Shown here: positions 42,232-54,781 of the stretch, piece by piece | How positions within the stretch are numbered: position 1 is the first letter of the stretch | How the letters are laid out: every line of letters starts with the position of its first letter | From: Octopus vulgaris | Taxonomy: Eukaryota | Length of the DNA: 64,000 nt | Direction of reading: 5' to 3' | Assembly (NCBI GenBank): GCA_951406725.2 | Contig: OX597818.1 | Location: 108,314,001-108,378,000, forward strand | Position numbers and translations under genes: made by a program | Notes under the pieces: generated by a model | What the model saw: only the letters and a program-made list of their open reading frames with translations | Databases searched by the model: none | Told to the model about the DNA's origin: nothing

Positions 42232-42569
42232 ACCCGGAAAGAATAGGAAGTAAAAATCGACCTCCTTGGAACTGTGGAATTTAAACTGTGAATGTTAAGA
42301 GCTAGAAAACAAGCTGCTAGGCATTTTCTTTGATAATTTAACAATTCTTTCCACTTGCTGCCTCACACACCAAACTAAATGCCTTGCACTTATTTGATCT
42401 TTTTTTTTTATATATTCTGAGAGCAAACACTGCTCAGCTAAAATGTCTTTCATTCTTTCTGGGTTAAGGACTCAGCTTAATGGTATTAATTAATCCCCTT
42501 TCCTCAAAATTGCTGGTCTTGTACCTAAATGAGGAACCTTAGATCATATTATCATCATTATTATTATTA

Positions 42570-42957
42570 CTAGCAGTATTGCCCGGCGTTTCTCAGGTTT
42601 GTTTTGACCCTTTAGAATTGGAATTTTTGAAAAGTAAAAATTTTGCATTATGTAACTTGTTATTCTCTTTAAGTGAACATTTCTGGTTGAAATACACTGA
42701 AAAATGGCAACACAACAGTAAAAAATTGTAAAAAAAGGGATTTTCACAGAAAAAAAGCACCTTTTTGATGTAAATAATTATTGATGTTAACATGGTCCGA
42801 TTTGAATTTTTTCTCCTACGGAAGAAAGAGCAAGCTTTCTTCTATCATACTCTCAATTTTGGTCAACTTGCACTGCAGGGTCTCAGAGGAGATAGTGTTA
42901 GTTGAAGGCTACCAAACCTGCCAGACACAGACAACTTCAGCTTTATATAAATAGAGA
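42570..42957 (-). mobile_element. Non-autonomous Helitron
   Basis: Minus strand A|TCTCTATTTATATAAA ... ACAAACCTGAGAAACGCCGGGCAATACTGCTAG|T. Confidence 0.8.
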
Positions 42958-43199
42958 TTATCATCATCATCATTATTGTTGTTGTTGTTGTTGTTATTAT
43001 TATTATTATTATTATCATTATTATCTATATCCATAAAAGAGTCCTTGGACGAAAATTGTATGCACATTTTGCTTTGACGGTTAATGGTGGCCAAACCGAG
43101 GCTAGGATCGAGCTGAAAATTGGCAGTCATACTAAATGTATGGTGAGGATGAGACCCGTGATGGTTAAAATTCACAAGCTATAAAGATGTGGTTGCTAT

Positions 43200-44400
43200 G
43201 GCAAAAAGAGTAATTTTTTATCGATCCAAGGGGGCCCTCTAGGCCAACTTGCTATGCCCACTCACAATATGTGAGGTTGTTTCATTTCTGCTGCCACACA
43301 TCCTACTAAGGGGTAATTCACTATTCTTATCTATTTGGAACTTGGTGTAATTAGTTCTCAGAGTTTCTTCCTGGACATTGCATATCAATGCCTCAGTGCA
43401 TCCTTTCAGATCACTTTCTCTTAGCCATCTCCAAGTGTTGGGCTTGTCTTTCCTTTGATTTCTCTGAGATATGGTCTCATTTTCCAGTTGTTTATTCTTT
43501 ATTCTTCATCTTGTTTCTTAAATATTTGTGGGTGCATTACATTTTTGGTCGGTATCATATAGTTAATTCTAACAGTGGCAAGCAAGGTTTCACTATATTG
43601 TTTGATGTACCATCCCAGATTGTTCTTCTTATTGACACTATGGATTTTGCATCCTATGAGACCTCTTCCACCCCTATTTCTAGGCACATACAGTCTGTCA
43701 GTATTGTTTCTGAGGTGTAGTTCTTTGTTAATTGTCATCACTTTTCCAGTTTTCCTGTCCACTTCCTGAAGCTCATTCTTTCTCCACCGATCAAAACCTG
43801 TGCCATATCACATTAAGGAAGCAGCCCATGTGTTCATTGCTCTGATTTTGGTTTTTTTCCATTGAGTCTACTTTCCATAAATAACTTGGTTCTTCTGAGA
43901 TATTCTTGCTTAAAACGCTCTCCCATTTCACTTCCCTTAATTTTGGTGTATTCTAAAATCCCCAGATATTTATATCCATTAGTCTCAATATCCTTGATTC
44001 CTCACTGTTGGGCAGCTCTACACCATCAGACGACACTGCTTTGCCTCTTTGTATTATAAGCATACCACACTTTTTAGTCCCCAATTCCATTCCAATCTCC
44101 TTACTGAATATCTACACTGTTGAGACTAGGCCATTTATTTCACATTCGGTCTTTCCAAAGATCTTTAAATCATCCATCTACTACATGTGATTTAATTTTA
44201 CTCCACTTATCAAGGGGTACCCCAATGTCACTTTCCATAGTATCACAAACAGCAATGGTGATAGGATATCTCCTTGAAATATGCCTTTCTTGATGTTAAC
44301 TCTCACCAAAAATTTTCCACATAAAGTTAACTCTGTATTCCAGTTTTACATTGATTTCCTAACAAATTTCGATACGTTATCACTCATCTGTACCAGCTCT
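43200..44400 (-). mobile_element. R4/Dong-like LINE fragment (RT to CCHC)
   Basis: GIFQGD, MDDLKIFG, YKYLGILE, TDRLYVPRNRGGRGL, RMCGSRNETTSHIVS. Confidence 0.85.
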
Positions 44401-44409
44401 AGACTTTCT

Positions 44410-44828
44410 ACAAAGTTATTGTTATCATTTCTTTTGTCATAGGTTTTGTTGGAACTCCTGGAGTCTTGCATGCATAGCAGGCTTACTACCTCCAGCCTAA
44501 AGTACCTTGTTATTCATGCTTTTCAACTACCTAATACTTTCCTGATTATTCTGGCCATACCAAGGAGGCAAACCTTTCGTAACAGTTCTACTGGGCACAC
44601 TATTACAATTTCCTTTATATTCCTCTTGATGCCTTCTGATACTGTCCCCAAGGACCCAACAATATCTTCACCTTCTTAATTTCAGTAGCTGAGCTATTTC
44701 GTACTTAAGTGGGTTGTATCTATCTATCTTTTCGTCTTCCTTCTTGACTATTTGTGGGTCAAAGGGGCATGCAACATCAACTATATAACACATGTGGTGC
44801 ATCTTGTCAACCACAACTAGATCCAATC

Positions 44829-44830
<2 letters not shown>
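44410..44830 (-). mobile_element. R4/Dong-like LINE 3' fragment (RLE domain)
   Basis: RLDLVVVDK..CYIVDVACPFD..EKIDRY..LK; LLRKVCLLGMARIIRKVL. Starts at an (AAT)n tract. Confidence 0.8.
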
Positions 44831-44867
<37 letters not shown>

Positions 44868-45216
44868 GTAGTTTTATTTTTATAGCGTGCTTTCACCACT
44901 ACTGAGCACAGCTCTGTGTGCCTTGAGTATGTGCTGTGATTTGTTGTGATACTCTGATGGTTACTGTATTATTATTATTACTATTTTATTTTTTGGTACT
45001 TCTATATTCTATGCATTTGTCTCCTCTTTCCCAATGTACACCATGTATACATTTTTATTTATTTTTTGAAATCTAAATTTTTTTTATTTATCATTTCATT
45101 ACTATATGTAAATCCCCACACTTTAATGTCTGTCTCTGTATTGTCCCCCTCATCTTTCGCCTCCATGGCGAATAAATGAAATCATCATCATTATTATTAT
45201 TATTAGTAGTAGTAGT

Positions 45217-45248
<32 letters not shown>

Positions 45249-45283
45249 CATCAGCAGCAGCAGCAGTATTTCTATTATTATTA

Positions 45284-45500
45284 AGGCGGCAAGTTGGCAG
45301 AATCGTTAGCATGCCAGATTAAATGCTTAGTGGCATTTTGCCTGTCATTCTGTTCTAGGTTCAAATGTTGCCAAGGTCATCTTAGCCTTTCATCCTTTCA
45401 GGGTCAATAAAATGAGTACCAGTCAAGTACTGGGGTTGATATAATCAACCAGTCCCCACCACTGATATTTCAGGCTTTGCGACTATAATAGAAAGGGTTA
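45284..45500 (+). mobile_element. Nin/Deu-core SINE
   Basis: AGGCGGCAAGTTGGCAGAATCGTTAGC...GCCTTTCATCCTTTCAGGGTCAATAAAATGAGTACCAG. Confidence 0.85.
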
Positions 45501-46195
45501 TTATCATTATTATCATTTTATTGCCTTTGCACTGCTTCTAATGCTGGAGATGTACTATGGTGCCAGCTGTTCACTACCAGTGAACTAAGGTAACACCCCT
45601 TTTTTTTCAAGAACCATCTGGAGTATTTGAGCAGTTCCAAGCAGTGCTGTTTTCTGCAAGTGCTCCACCCTTATTGCAGCCCCTATTTGTTCCGTGTTCT
45701 ACTCAAGATTTTTACTCACTGTTTCCAGGGCTCCTGCAATTATTGGTACTACTACCACCTTTTTCATCGACCACAACTGCTTAACCTCCCAAGCTAACGT
45801 GTCATATCTATCGACTTTTCTTTCTTCCTTATTGCATTCCTTGTCAGCTGGGCATGCTATATCGATGATCCAGCATAGTTTGCTTTCTTTCTCAATTAAG
45901 ACTATGTCAGGCTTCCTATTCTCTATTTCATGGTCGCACTGAATCATAAAATCCCATAGGATCTTTGCATTTCTATTTTCGACGATGCCTTCAGGTTTGT
46001 GGTTGTACCAATTTTTTGCTCTGTCAAGTCCATATTTGTTGCAAAGTGTCCAATGGACAATCCTTGCTATATTGTCGTGGTATCTCTTATAGTCCTTCTG
46101 GGCTAGAGGCATACATTGGCTGGTAATATGCCATACAGTTTCACCGTTTTGTCCACAGATTCTGCACTTATCACCTTCTGCTGTGTTGTCTATTC
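45500..46195 (-). mobile_element. R4/Dong-like LINE 3' fragment (CCHC + RLE + 3' UTR)
   Basis: CRICGQNGETVWHITSQC..LA..Y..YHD; NRKPDIVLIEK..CWIIDIACP; LQKTALLGTA. Flanked by (AAT)n. Confidence 0.9.
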
Positions 46196-46224
46196 TATTA
46201 TTATTATTATTATTATTATCATCA

Positions 46225-46520
46225 TTGGCCCAGTGGTTAGGGCATTGCATTCGTGATTGATAGACCGTGGTTTCAGTTCCTAGACCGGGTGGTGCATTGT
46301 GGTCTTGAGCAAAAAACTTCATCTCACGCTGCTTTACGATCACTTTGACACTTTGTGCATGGCACACCATGGCACCTGTTCACACAACATCAATTTGATG
46401 GAGAGAGGGAGCTAATTTGAGGCACAAATACATGATCACTATAAACAAATGATTCGTGCAGGTCATTTGACAAAAATTGAATGCTCATACGTTGCCTTTG
46501 ATGGGAGAGCCCATCATCAT
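46225..46520 (+). mobile_element. SINE related to 10695-10885
   Basis: TGGCCCAGTGGTTAGGGC head; CTTGAGCAAAAAACTTCATCTCAC; GATTTGATGGAG-like segment. Confidence 0.7.
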
Positions 46521-46543
46521 AATCATCATCATCATCATCATCA

Positions 46544-46605
<62 letters not shown>

Positions 46606-46619
46606 GTTATTGGTATCAT

Positions 46620-47400
46620 TATTTGATGAAAACTCTCAGAGTATTTTGCTGGGTATGGTGCAAAGTGTCAGCTGACCACAACCAGCAAACTTAGGGGACA
46701 CTTGCTTCAAGAACCCTGCAAAGAATTCTTGCAGTCCCAAGCAATGTTGATTTTTGTAGGTGTTCTACCTTCACATTTGTACCAATCTTTTTGAGCCATT
46801 TTGGTATTTGAGTGCTGATACTTCCAAGTGCACCAATTACCATTGCTATCATGTCAGCTCTTTTCATTGCCCACAACCTTCATATTTCCCACTTCAAAAC
46901 ATCATAGCTGTTCACTTATTCTTCTTCATTTCCTCTGATCCTGTCATCACCAGGACATGTTATGTCAATTATCAGGCATTTTTCTTTTCATTTTTGTTCA
47001 CCACAACAATGTCAGGTTTCCAATGTTTGATCCGATTGTCACACAGAATCCTTGCATTCCACAGGATTTTGCAGTCTTCATTCTCAGTGACTCCTTCTGG
47101 GATTTGGTCTTTCCTCTTTGTAGGCTGTAATTTCCACAGAGCCCCTCCCAATGGATTATTCTCAACACATTGTCATGTTGTCTTTTGTATTGACACTGTG
47201 CCAATTTCAGGCATTCGCTAACAATGTGCCATACCAATTCACCCCTCTCACCACACACCCTGCATTTGTCACTCTTGGTAGTGCTGTCCATTCTGTACTT
47301 CATGTACTTCGTCCTTAACAATTGTTCTGGTGCTGTACATATAGATGCTTCTGTTTCTATCTTCATGTCACACCTCCACATCTATAAGCACCAGTCTTCT
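46620..47400 (-). mobile_element. R4/Dong-like LINE 3' fragment
   Basis: CRVCGERGELVWHIVSEC.KLAQ.QYKRQHD; KPDIVV; HLQKSTLLGTARIL. (AAT)n tail at ~46546-46615. Confidence 0.88.
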
Positions 47401-47790
47401 GTATCCCCCTCTCACCCCTCACTCTCTCTCTCTCGTTCTCTCTTTCTCTCTCTGCATGTGTGTGTATGTTTATCTAAGTGTATATGTTTGTATATGTATG
47501 CATGCCTGTGTGTTTGCAATTCTGTTCCAATTTTATCTCCACAACTCCAGCTTTGGCATTGTTCTTTCCATCACATGACTTTAGTAAAAGAGGCAAAGTT
47601 AAACCCATTACAACAATCTGCAAAGATGCAGCTTCCTCTAAGTTTATTACACTTCACTTCCTAATATTGAATAATATTTCACTTAATTGTATAAGCCAAC
47701 ATTGTTTACAACATTGTAAACGTCATGTAATCAAATGCAAGTAAACACACCATCTCCTATATATATATATACATACATATGTGCGTGTAT

Positions 47791-47839
<49 letters not shown>

Positions 47840-48006
47840 GGAGATACACCATGATTGTATCGTTAGCCACTAAACCTTTATTGTTTTCTGTCGAAGAGCA
47901 TAGGCTCAAAACGTAAAAGACTTTCTCACATCCCAAGTGTTAAACTAATACATCAGTTTGTTGTTTACACCCCTGTCTTCGTCTTTTGTTTTTTGTAAAT
48001 TCTCAC

Positions 48007-48012
<6 letters not shown>
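47840..48012 (+). mobile_element. Short TA-flanked repeat with a degenerate hammerhead-like core (probable PLE remnant)
   Basis: TCGAAGAG-CATAGG-CTC-AAAACGTA resembles CTGAAGA/stem II/GAAACGTA with core mutations. Confidence 0.4.
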
Positions 48013-48043
<31 letters not shown>

Positions 48044-48768
48044 CAAAGTGAAGTTGTAAGGTACTGCACGAGTGGAAATATATATGAAAGAAGGTTTGAA
48101 AAAGCAATTTTAAAGATGTTTATTCACTTGATCAGTTTCACTTTTTTTTAAACAGATTGTCAAAATTAAAATGTAAAGCTTTGTATAAGCTTTGTTGTGT
48201 TAAATACTGGTTGTCACAAAAGTATTAAAATACATATATACATTCTTTGATAATAATAAGAAAATGTTAAAAACAGTTTACAAGAAAATATTCAACAAAA
48301 ATTATTTGGAGTTCAATAAAAATCATGTTTGTTTGGTTGTATATATATACACAGAAGGAGATATAAAGAAGGAGTTTACAAAGAATTTGAGATGAACCAA
48401 CCTGCTTTCTTAGCATTTTTTATTTTGTGTGTAGCTAAAGGTTGTCCGCTATTTTAAGGGACAGTGTAGGAGGTTGGTTGGAGTGGGAGAAGGAAGAGCA
48501 ATGTGAAATTAAAAGGATTTTTTGTTTCTGGGCTAGTCTGTCATGGTTCAGTGGTTTTTAGGACTGGTCTTAGAGGTCAGAATGGTGTGTGTGTGTCTGT
48601 GCACTTCTCTATATGTGTGTGTGTGTATACATGTGTTTGTGTTTGTGTGTGTTGACCATTTATTGTGGTGTGTGTAAATGTGTCTGTGCGTTTTATATTT
48701 GGTAGGATGGTGTGTGCGTGAGTGAGTGTGTATGTGTGTGCGTGCATGTGTGTGTGTGTATGTGTGTG

Positions 48769-48808
<40 letters not shown>

Positions 48809-48989
48809 GTAAAAGGACACAAAATACACAAACTCTTGAACTCCTTGTTAGAAATCTCATCACTTTTCCCATGAAGAAGAGACGAGAAGTCTGCATAGGA
48901 AAACAAATAATTTTAATTATGCCAAAGCATATATATAGATGTGTGTGTGTGTCCATATATATATGGAAATGTATATATATACATACATA

Positions 48990-49385
48990 TATATATAATT
49001 AATAATATCAGGGTAATAAAAACTTTCAGAAATTTTTACTACCAGTGGCCTAGTGTGTACAAAAAATTCGTCAATAGACTATATATTATTCATATAAATA
49101 CAGTGTACATTTAAACACGTAAGGAGGTAGACGTCATAGGATTCCTTGCACGTTAGAAGGAACAGCCAAAATCCAAACCACTATTAGGGATAAACTTCAA
49201 AAGTAATGAAAACTAAAAACATTTACTATCTATCTCCTGGACCATGGTTTCAGATGTTTTTTGCAAATAAAATAATTTGCTAGGCGGAGTCTTCATCAAC
49301 AGGTACGCCTAGATTAAACATATAAGTACGAGGCAATCCAGACGGACACCTCTTATGTGTTTAAATGTAATGTACACTGTATTTA
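48990..49385 (-). mobile_element. Probable Penelope-like element terminal fragment between TA tracts
   Basis: Contains the minus-strand hammerhead motif and is flanked by (TA)n. Confidence 0.45.
49236..49303 (-). ncRNA. Type-I hammerhead ribozyme motif (C3U core variant)
   Basis: Minus strand reads CCTG-TTGATGA-AGA...(GCAAAT/ATTTGC hairpin)...TCT-GAAAC-CATG-GTC-CAGG: stem I CCTG/CAGG, palindromic stem III ACCATGGT, GUC cleavage triplet. Confidence 0.65.
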
Positions 49386-49386
49386 T

Positions 49387-49431
<45 letters not shown>

Positions 49432-49463
49432 CACACACACACATATATATTTATATTATATAT

Positions 49464-50620
49464 ATCATCATCATCATCATTTAACGTTCGTTGTCCATGT
49501 TGGCATGGCTTGGAAAGTTTGACCAAATCTGGTAAGCTGAGGGACTGCATCAGACTCCAGGCTGATTTGGCATGGTTTCTACAGCTGGATGCCCTACCCA
49601 ACGCCAACCATTCAAAGAGTGTAATGGATGTTTTTACGTGCCAACACCATGGGTGACACCAGTATCTGCCACAACTACAACGTCACTTGGTTTGATGGGT
49701 CTTCTACTGAAGCATGGCATATTGTCAAAAATCTCTGTCATTTGTCAATGCCTGTGAGGACCAAAGCTTGATAGGTACCTCTTATGTGCCACCAGCATGG
49801 GCGCCAGTTATATGATACCAGCATTGGCCACGACTATGCTTTCACTTTGCTTGACAGGTTTTCTTGAACACAGCACCTGGCCAAAGGTTTTGGTCACTAG
49901 TCATTGCCTACACGAAGCCCAGCATTCAAAGATCATGGTTTACCACTTCATCCCATGTCTTCCTGGGTTTACCTCTTCCACAGGTTCCCTTCACAGTTAA
50001 AGGTTGGCAATTTTTTACACAGCTGCTTTTTGTCCATATGCATCATGTGACTGTATCAGCACAGTCATCTCTCTTGCACACCACATCTGATGCCTCTTAT
50101 GCAATACTTTTCTCTCAAGACACTTACACCCTGTCGAACGTGCACGTGGACATTGCACATCCAACAAAGCATACCAGCTTCATTTCTTTCAAACCTATGC
50201 ATGACTCCGGTGGTCACAGCCCATCTTTCACTACATAGCTGTTGACACACAGGCATCATACTCTGAAGGAAAGGCCCTTTGTTGCCAACAGGGGTAGGTG
50301 CTCTCTGAACTTTTCCCAACCTATTCTTATTCTCACAGCTACACTCTCAGAGTCCCCACCTCTGCTACTGACTTGGCCACCTAGATTACAGAAGCTATCA
50401 ACTACCTCTTCTTACCTCACTGACATTTGATGGAGTCTATTTCTTGTACATTATCAGTGTTTAATTGTACCTGTGCACCTTCCACACACAAGAACTACTT
50501 CCCAATTAATCTTTCTCTGATATTGCTGCACATCTTATGTGTCCATTGCTTGCATTAAGTGCATCTTATGGAATTTCTACCTATGCCTTTCTTATAGATC
50601 AAGCACAGCCATCTACCTGA
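49464..50620 (-). mobile_element. Degenerate RTE fragment (PHD end, post-RT region, 3' UTR, tail)
   Basis: Minus strand encodes traces of RNSIRCT.C, HIRCA, CGRCTG, EVVDSFC.LG, RIRIGW.KFRE, IRGIRCGVQER, RGKPRKTWDEVV, then the UTR and (CAT)n. Confidence 0.88.
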
Positions 50621-50644
50621 AGGCATACATATATATATATATTG

Positions 50645-50922
50645 TTGTTGTTGTTTGTTCCTTCTTGAGCCACGCGTGGCTCATAGGGCCAGTTTCCCAG
50701 TTTCCTTGGCATATAGGTTCCCCACTTGGATGGGCTGCCAGTCCGGCGCAGGTGAGCTGCAAGATGCAGGAGGAAAGAGGGAGAGAAAATTGTGCTGAAA
50801 GAGTCAGCAGAAGTTCGCCATTACCTTCTGCCGGAGCCTAAACACACACATCGCCAGGTCTGAAATTCAAACCCACGATCCCTCGGCTGCAAGTCCGCTG
50901 CTCTAATCACTTGGCCATGTGC

Positions 50923-50925
<3 letters not shown>
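50645..50925 (-). mobile_element. SINE with a family-4-like head and a different 3' body, (AAC)n tail
   Basis: TGGCCAAGTGATTAGAGCAGCGGACTTGC...GGGTTTGAATTTC head. Confidence 0.7.
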
Positions 50926-50960
<35 letters not shown>

Positions 50961-51477
50961 GTATATGCCTTCAATAAATACAGTATGATTCCACTATGTT
51001 TTCAGGTACCAAATTCCCTTGGAAAGCTTTGGTCAGCCCAAGGCTATAGCAGAAGATGTTTGCTCAAGGTGCCACAAAATGAGATTGACCCCTTACAATC
51101 ATGTGATTGTAAAGCAAGTTCCTTAACCACATATGTATATATAATTATATTGCTTTTTCTTTCGAAAAATTATAGAACATATATATGTGTGTGTGTGTGT
51201 GTGTGTGCATGAAACATCTCTGCAAATATTTATATATATGTGTACCGTGTGTGTGTGTGTGTGTGTGTTTTCGCTTAAATAGAGAGAACAAAATCTATAC
51301 AAATGATACAAAGAGGAAAAGAAATAATGCAAGCACTGAATGGCACCTTTTGATCAGACGTAGGTTAATAATTTATTAATTCTTTAATCATATATTATGA
51401 GTGTGTGTTGGGATACATAGGTATTTATATATCAATAACATCAACATCAATATATATATATATAGGTATGTAATTAC

Positions 51478-51531
<54 letters not shown>

Positions 51532-52522
51532 GTGTGTATGTATATTATAAATAAATATAAATATATATATACATTGTATAATATGTACATTTATGTTTGT
51601 GCATTCATGCAAAAGTGAATGTGTGTGCCTCTCTATGTGTGTATGTATGCATATATATTGTGTGTGCATGTCTATGTTTGTGTGTATGTGTGTGTGTGTG
51701 TGAATCTATGTATATACATATGTATACAATAATACACGCATACACACACACACACAGTCATTCTTCTTCCTTCCTCGACTGATGCAGAGCCATCTTCCTA
51801 CAGGATTTGAAAGTTTTAGTCTCTCATAAGAATTCCAGTATTTTTTCTTAAAGCTTAATACTTATTACATTGCTCTCTATTTGTCAAATTGTTAAGTTAA
51901 TATCTCTGTGTTAGACTTCAAATTACAAGTTTATCAAAAACCTGATGCTGAAGTCCTTTCCACATGGCTTCACACAAACGGATTAAATGGAGGACCAAAT
52001 GGCTTCATAGCAAATTCTTCAACCACCCAACCATTGCTCTACTTCAATGTCCATTCACATATTTTGTTTCTCTCAGATTATTTATGGATGCACATCACAG
52101 CATCACAGTATTGACCAGACTATCAGATGGCGTTATACATCGTTGGGCACAAAGTGTTTCACATTGTTTTACCCTTTGAATAATGCCACTCCATTGGTTA
52201 AGTGAGAAGGCCAACATTCCTCTTAATCAGAGGCCTATTTTGTCTCAGGGTTATCCATTTACAGCTTAGTGAACTGGGGCAACATGAAATGAAGTGATTC
52301 ACTCAAGAATATAACATGCTACCCAATACAGGACTCAAACGTCTTGTAATCATGGGTGTAACACCCTAATGACTAGGCTACATACATAGCATAGTGTGTG
52401 TTTATGTGTTTGTGTGTGTGTGTGTGTGTCCCCAAATTTCCCATCTAACTTAGTATCCCAGTATACAAAACGTCAGGCTCTTTAATATTTGATCTTGGCC
52501 GCAATAATTTACCATCTTGCAG

Positions 52523-52666
52523 CTATGTTGGGGGCTTGTGGTTTCCTTATCCTTTTAACTACGTTGGGGGCTTGTGGTTTCCTTATCCTTTTAACTATGT
52601 TGGGGGCTTGTGGTTTCCTTATCCTTTTAACTATGTTGGGGGCTCGTGGTTTCCCTACCATTTTAA
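52523..52666. repeat. 36-bp minisatellite x4
   Basis: CTA(T/C)GTTGGGGGCTTGTGGTTTCCTTATCCTTTTAA repeated four times. Confidence 0.95.
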
Positions 52667-52682
52667 GTAAAACAACTTAAGT

Positions 52683-52872
52683 CAGCAATTCTCAACCATT
52701 TTAATATCTGGGCCAGATCCACAACTGGGAATATTTTAGCACCAAAAAAAGTAAAACATGAACTAATTAAAAAAAAACTTGATTATAATTAAAGAGGGAA
52801 AATTGTCAGTGGCTGCCAAAAGGGTACTTGAGTGCCACTTGAAGCCCATAGAGTCACAGATGAGAGCCACTG
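52683..52872. mobile_element. Degenerate hAT-like MITE
   Basis: CAGCAATTCTCAACC ... GATGAGAGCCACTG; TSD unclear. Confidence 0.4.
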
Positions 52873-53164
52873 GTTTAGGCAAACAATGAAAGAACGATCA
52901 AATAAACAGGCTGTGTAAGGACTAGTTAAGAGTCAGGAGTAAATCTCTTCTGAAGTGGTGGCCATATTATTGATGTTTGGTTGGACAATCAATGACCGAT
53001 ATTCTGTCGTATTACTTCCTCACATATGAAACAGCAACTCGTGACTTGTGTCTTATTTATATTCAATTAGTCATGCTAGACTATGAACAATTTACTATCA
53101 TCTGGCTAAATTCGTTATTGCAGCGGCGGGTGACTAATGGCATATATGAATACTTATAGTTACA

Positions 53165-53475
53165 CCATCAGCAGCAGCAGCATCTGCATCATCATCACCA
53201 TCATCATCAACATCATTGACATCATCTGCATCATTTTCTTCCTTATCATCAACATTATCAACAGTATCATCGTTATCTATATCGTCATCAGCAGCAGCAT
53301 TGTCATCATTATCGTCATCCCCCTCCTCCCCCTCCTCCTCCTCATCATCATCATCATCTACATCATTCTCTCCTTCATCATCATCATCATCATCATCATA
53401 TCATTCTCTTCATCATCATCGTTGTCGTCGTCATCATTATCATTATCATCATCTTCATTATCACCATCACCATTG

Positions 53476-53506
<31 letters not shown>

Positions 53507-53689
53507 TATCTACACCATTTTCTCCTTCATCATCATATTCAAATTCATATTCAACATCATCGTTGTTTGTTTCTTTTCTTGCTGTAATTATCATGATTGT
53601 CATCATTCTCATCCTCACCATCATAATCTCTATCATCATCATCATCAACATCATCATCATCATCATTCTCTCCATCATCATCATCATCC

Positions 53690-53730
<41 letters not shown>

Positions 53731-53850
53731 GTCGTCGTCGTCGTCGTCGTCGTCGTCATCATCATATATTGGTTCGTTCTCTTTTATTCGCCAGCTCCAT
53801 TTTCCTCTGAGTGTCAACCAATCCCAAATAATAATAATAATAATAATAAT
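53165..53850. repeat. (CAT)n/(CGT)n compound repeat
   Basis: Direct; explains the I/S/D/M-rich ORFs. Confidence 0.95.
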
Positions 53851-53911
53851 GTTTGCTGTCTTCATTATGTTGAAGCAAATCCTCAGCTTCCAAGCAAAGA
53901 TTCCTTTCATA

Positions 53912-54281
53912 TCTCTCTATATATAAACGGCAGTTTGTCTGTGCGTGTTTCTGTGTGTCTGTTTGCTTGTACCCTCACCCTGACCACGGCTTTCAACCGA
54001 ATCTGATGAAACTTGACACACACATAGCCCAATGTCATAATTCAAAACTAACGCAGCGAAAATTTTGAAAAGTTCCCCCAGTTCTGAAAAAAATCGATAA
54101 AATCGACATGGGGTCGAGAATCAGAAACAATCCACAGACTGTCTAGGGGACGCAACTCAACCTTTTTTAACTCAAAAAAAATTTACCATCATTTTTTTGC
54201 TATTTTTTGGCTATAACTCTCTAAAAATGCTTTATAGTTAGTTCCCTTACAAACCTGAGCAACGCCGGGCGATACTGCTAG
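53912..54281 (+). mobile_element. Non-autonomous Helitron
   Basis: A|TCTCTCTATATATAAA 5' end; subterminal CCTGAGCAACGCCGGG hairpin; CTAG|T 3' end; no TSD. Confidence 0.8.
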
Positions 54282-54585
54282 TATGTAATAAATGTCACAT
54301 GGGTTTTTTTTTTCTTCTTCCAACTCCCACATAATTGGTTCCTTTTGCTTTCCCTGAAGCTCGCTACTCTGGAACTGGGGTCTGACTCATCAAGTTTCAT
54401 TCCTGTGTAAGTTATATCTTTTTTTGTTGTTGTTGTTTAACCCTAGGTTATCCAGGATCAAGTAGATCTATGATCAAAGACATTCCAGAATCAGCCACCC
54501 TCTCTTATTTTCCAAGTATAGTACATCTACAGCTGTCTTATCCAGAATGTACATTTTCTGGGCTTTTTTTTTTTAGACTATAGGG

Positions 54586-54781
54586 TATTGGTTCTCAAAG
54601 TCAACTTCCAGGGCCTTATGCAGCCCTCAGCCATCCTTCCAACAGTCCCTGACTGACTTCCCTCAATAAAAATAATAAATTTTTCTTCATTTTGCTTGTG
54701 TTTTACTTGTTCTTGGTGCAGCTCCCTAAAAATTCCAGCTTTTGGATCTGGCCAGGAAATTAAAATCGTTGGGAACCACTG
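54586..54781. mobile_element. hAT-like MITE
   Basis: Ends TATTGGTTCTCAAA / TTGGGAACCACTG; candidate 8-bp TSD CTATAGGG / CAATAGAG. Confidence 0.55.

Noticed and set aside
53137-54006. 289-aa hydrophobic 'membrane protein' ORF and its acidic antisense ORFs
   Set aside because: (CAT)n/(CGT)n repeat running into a Helitron.
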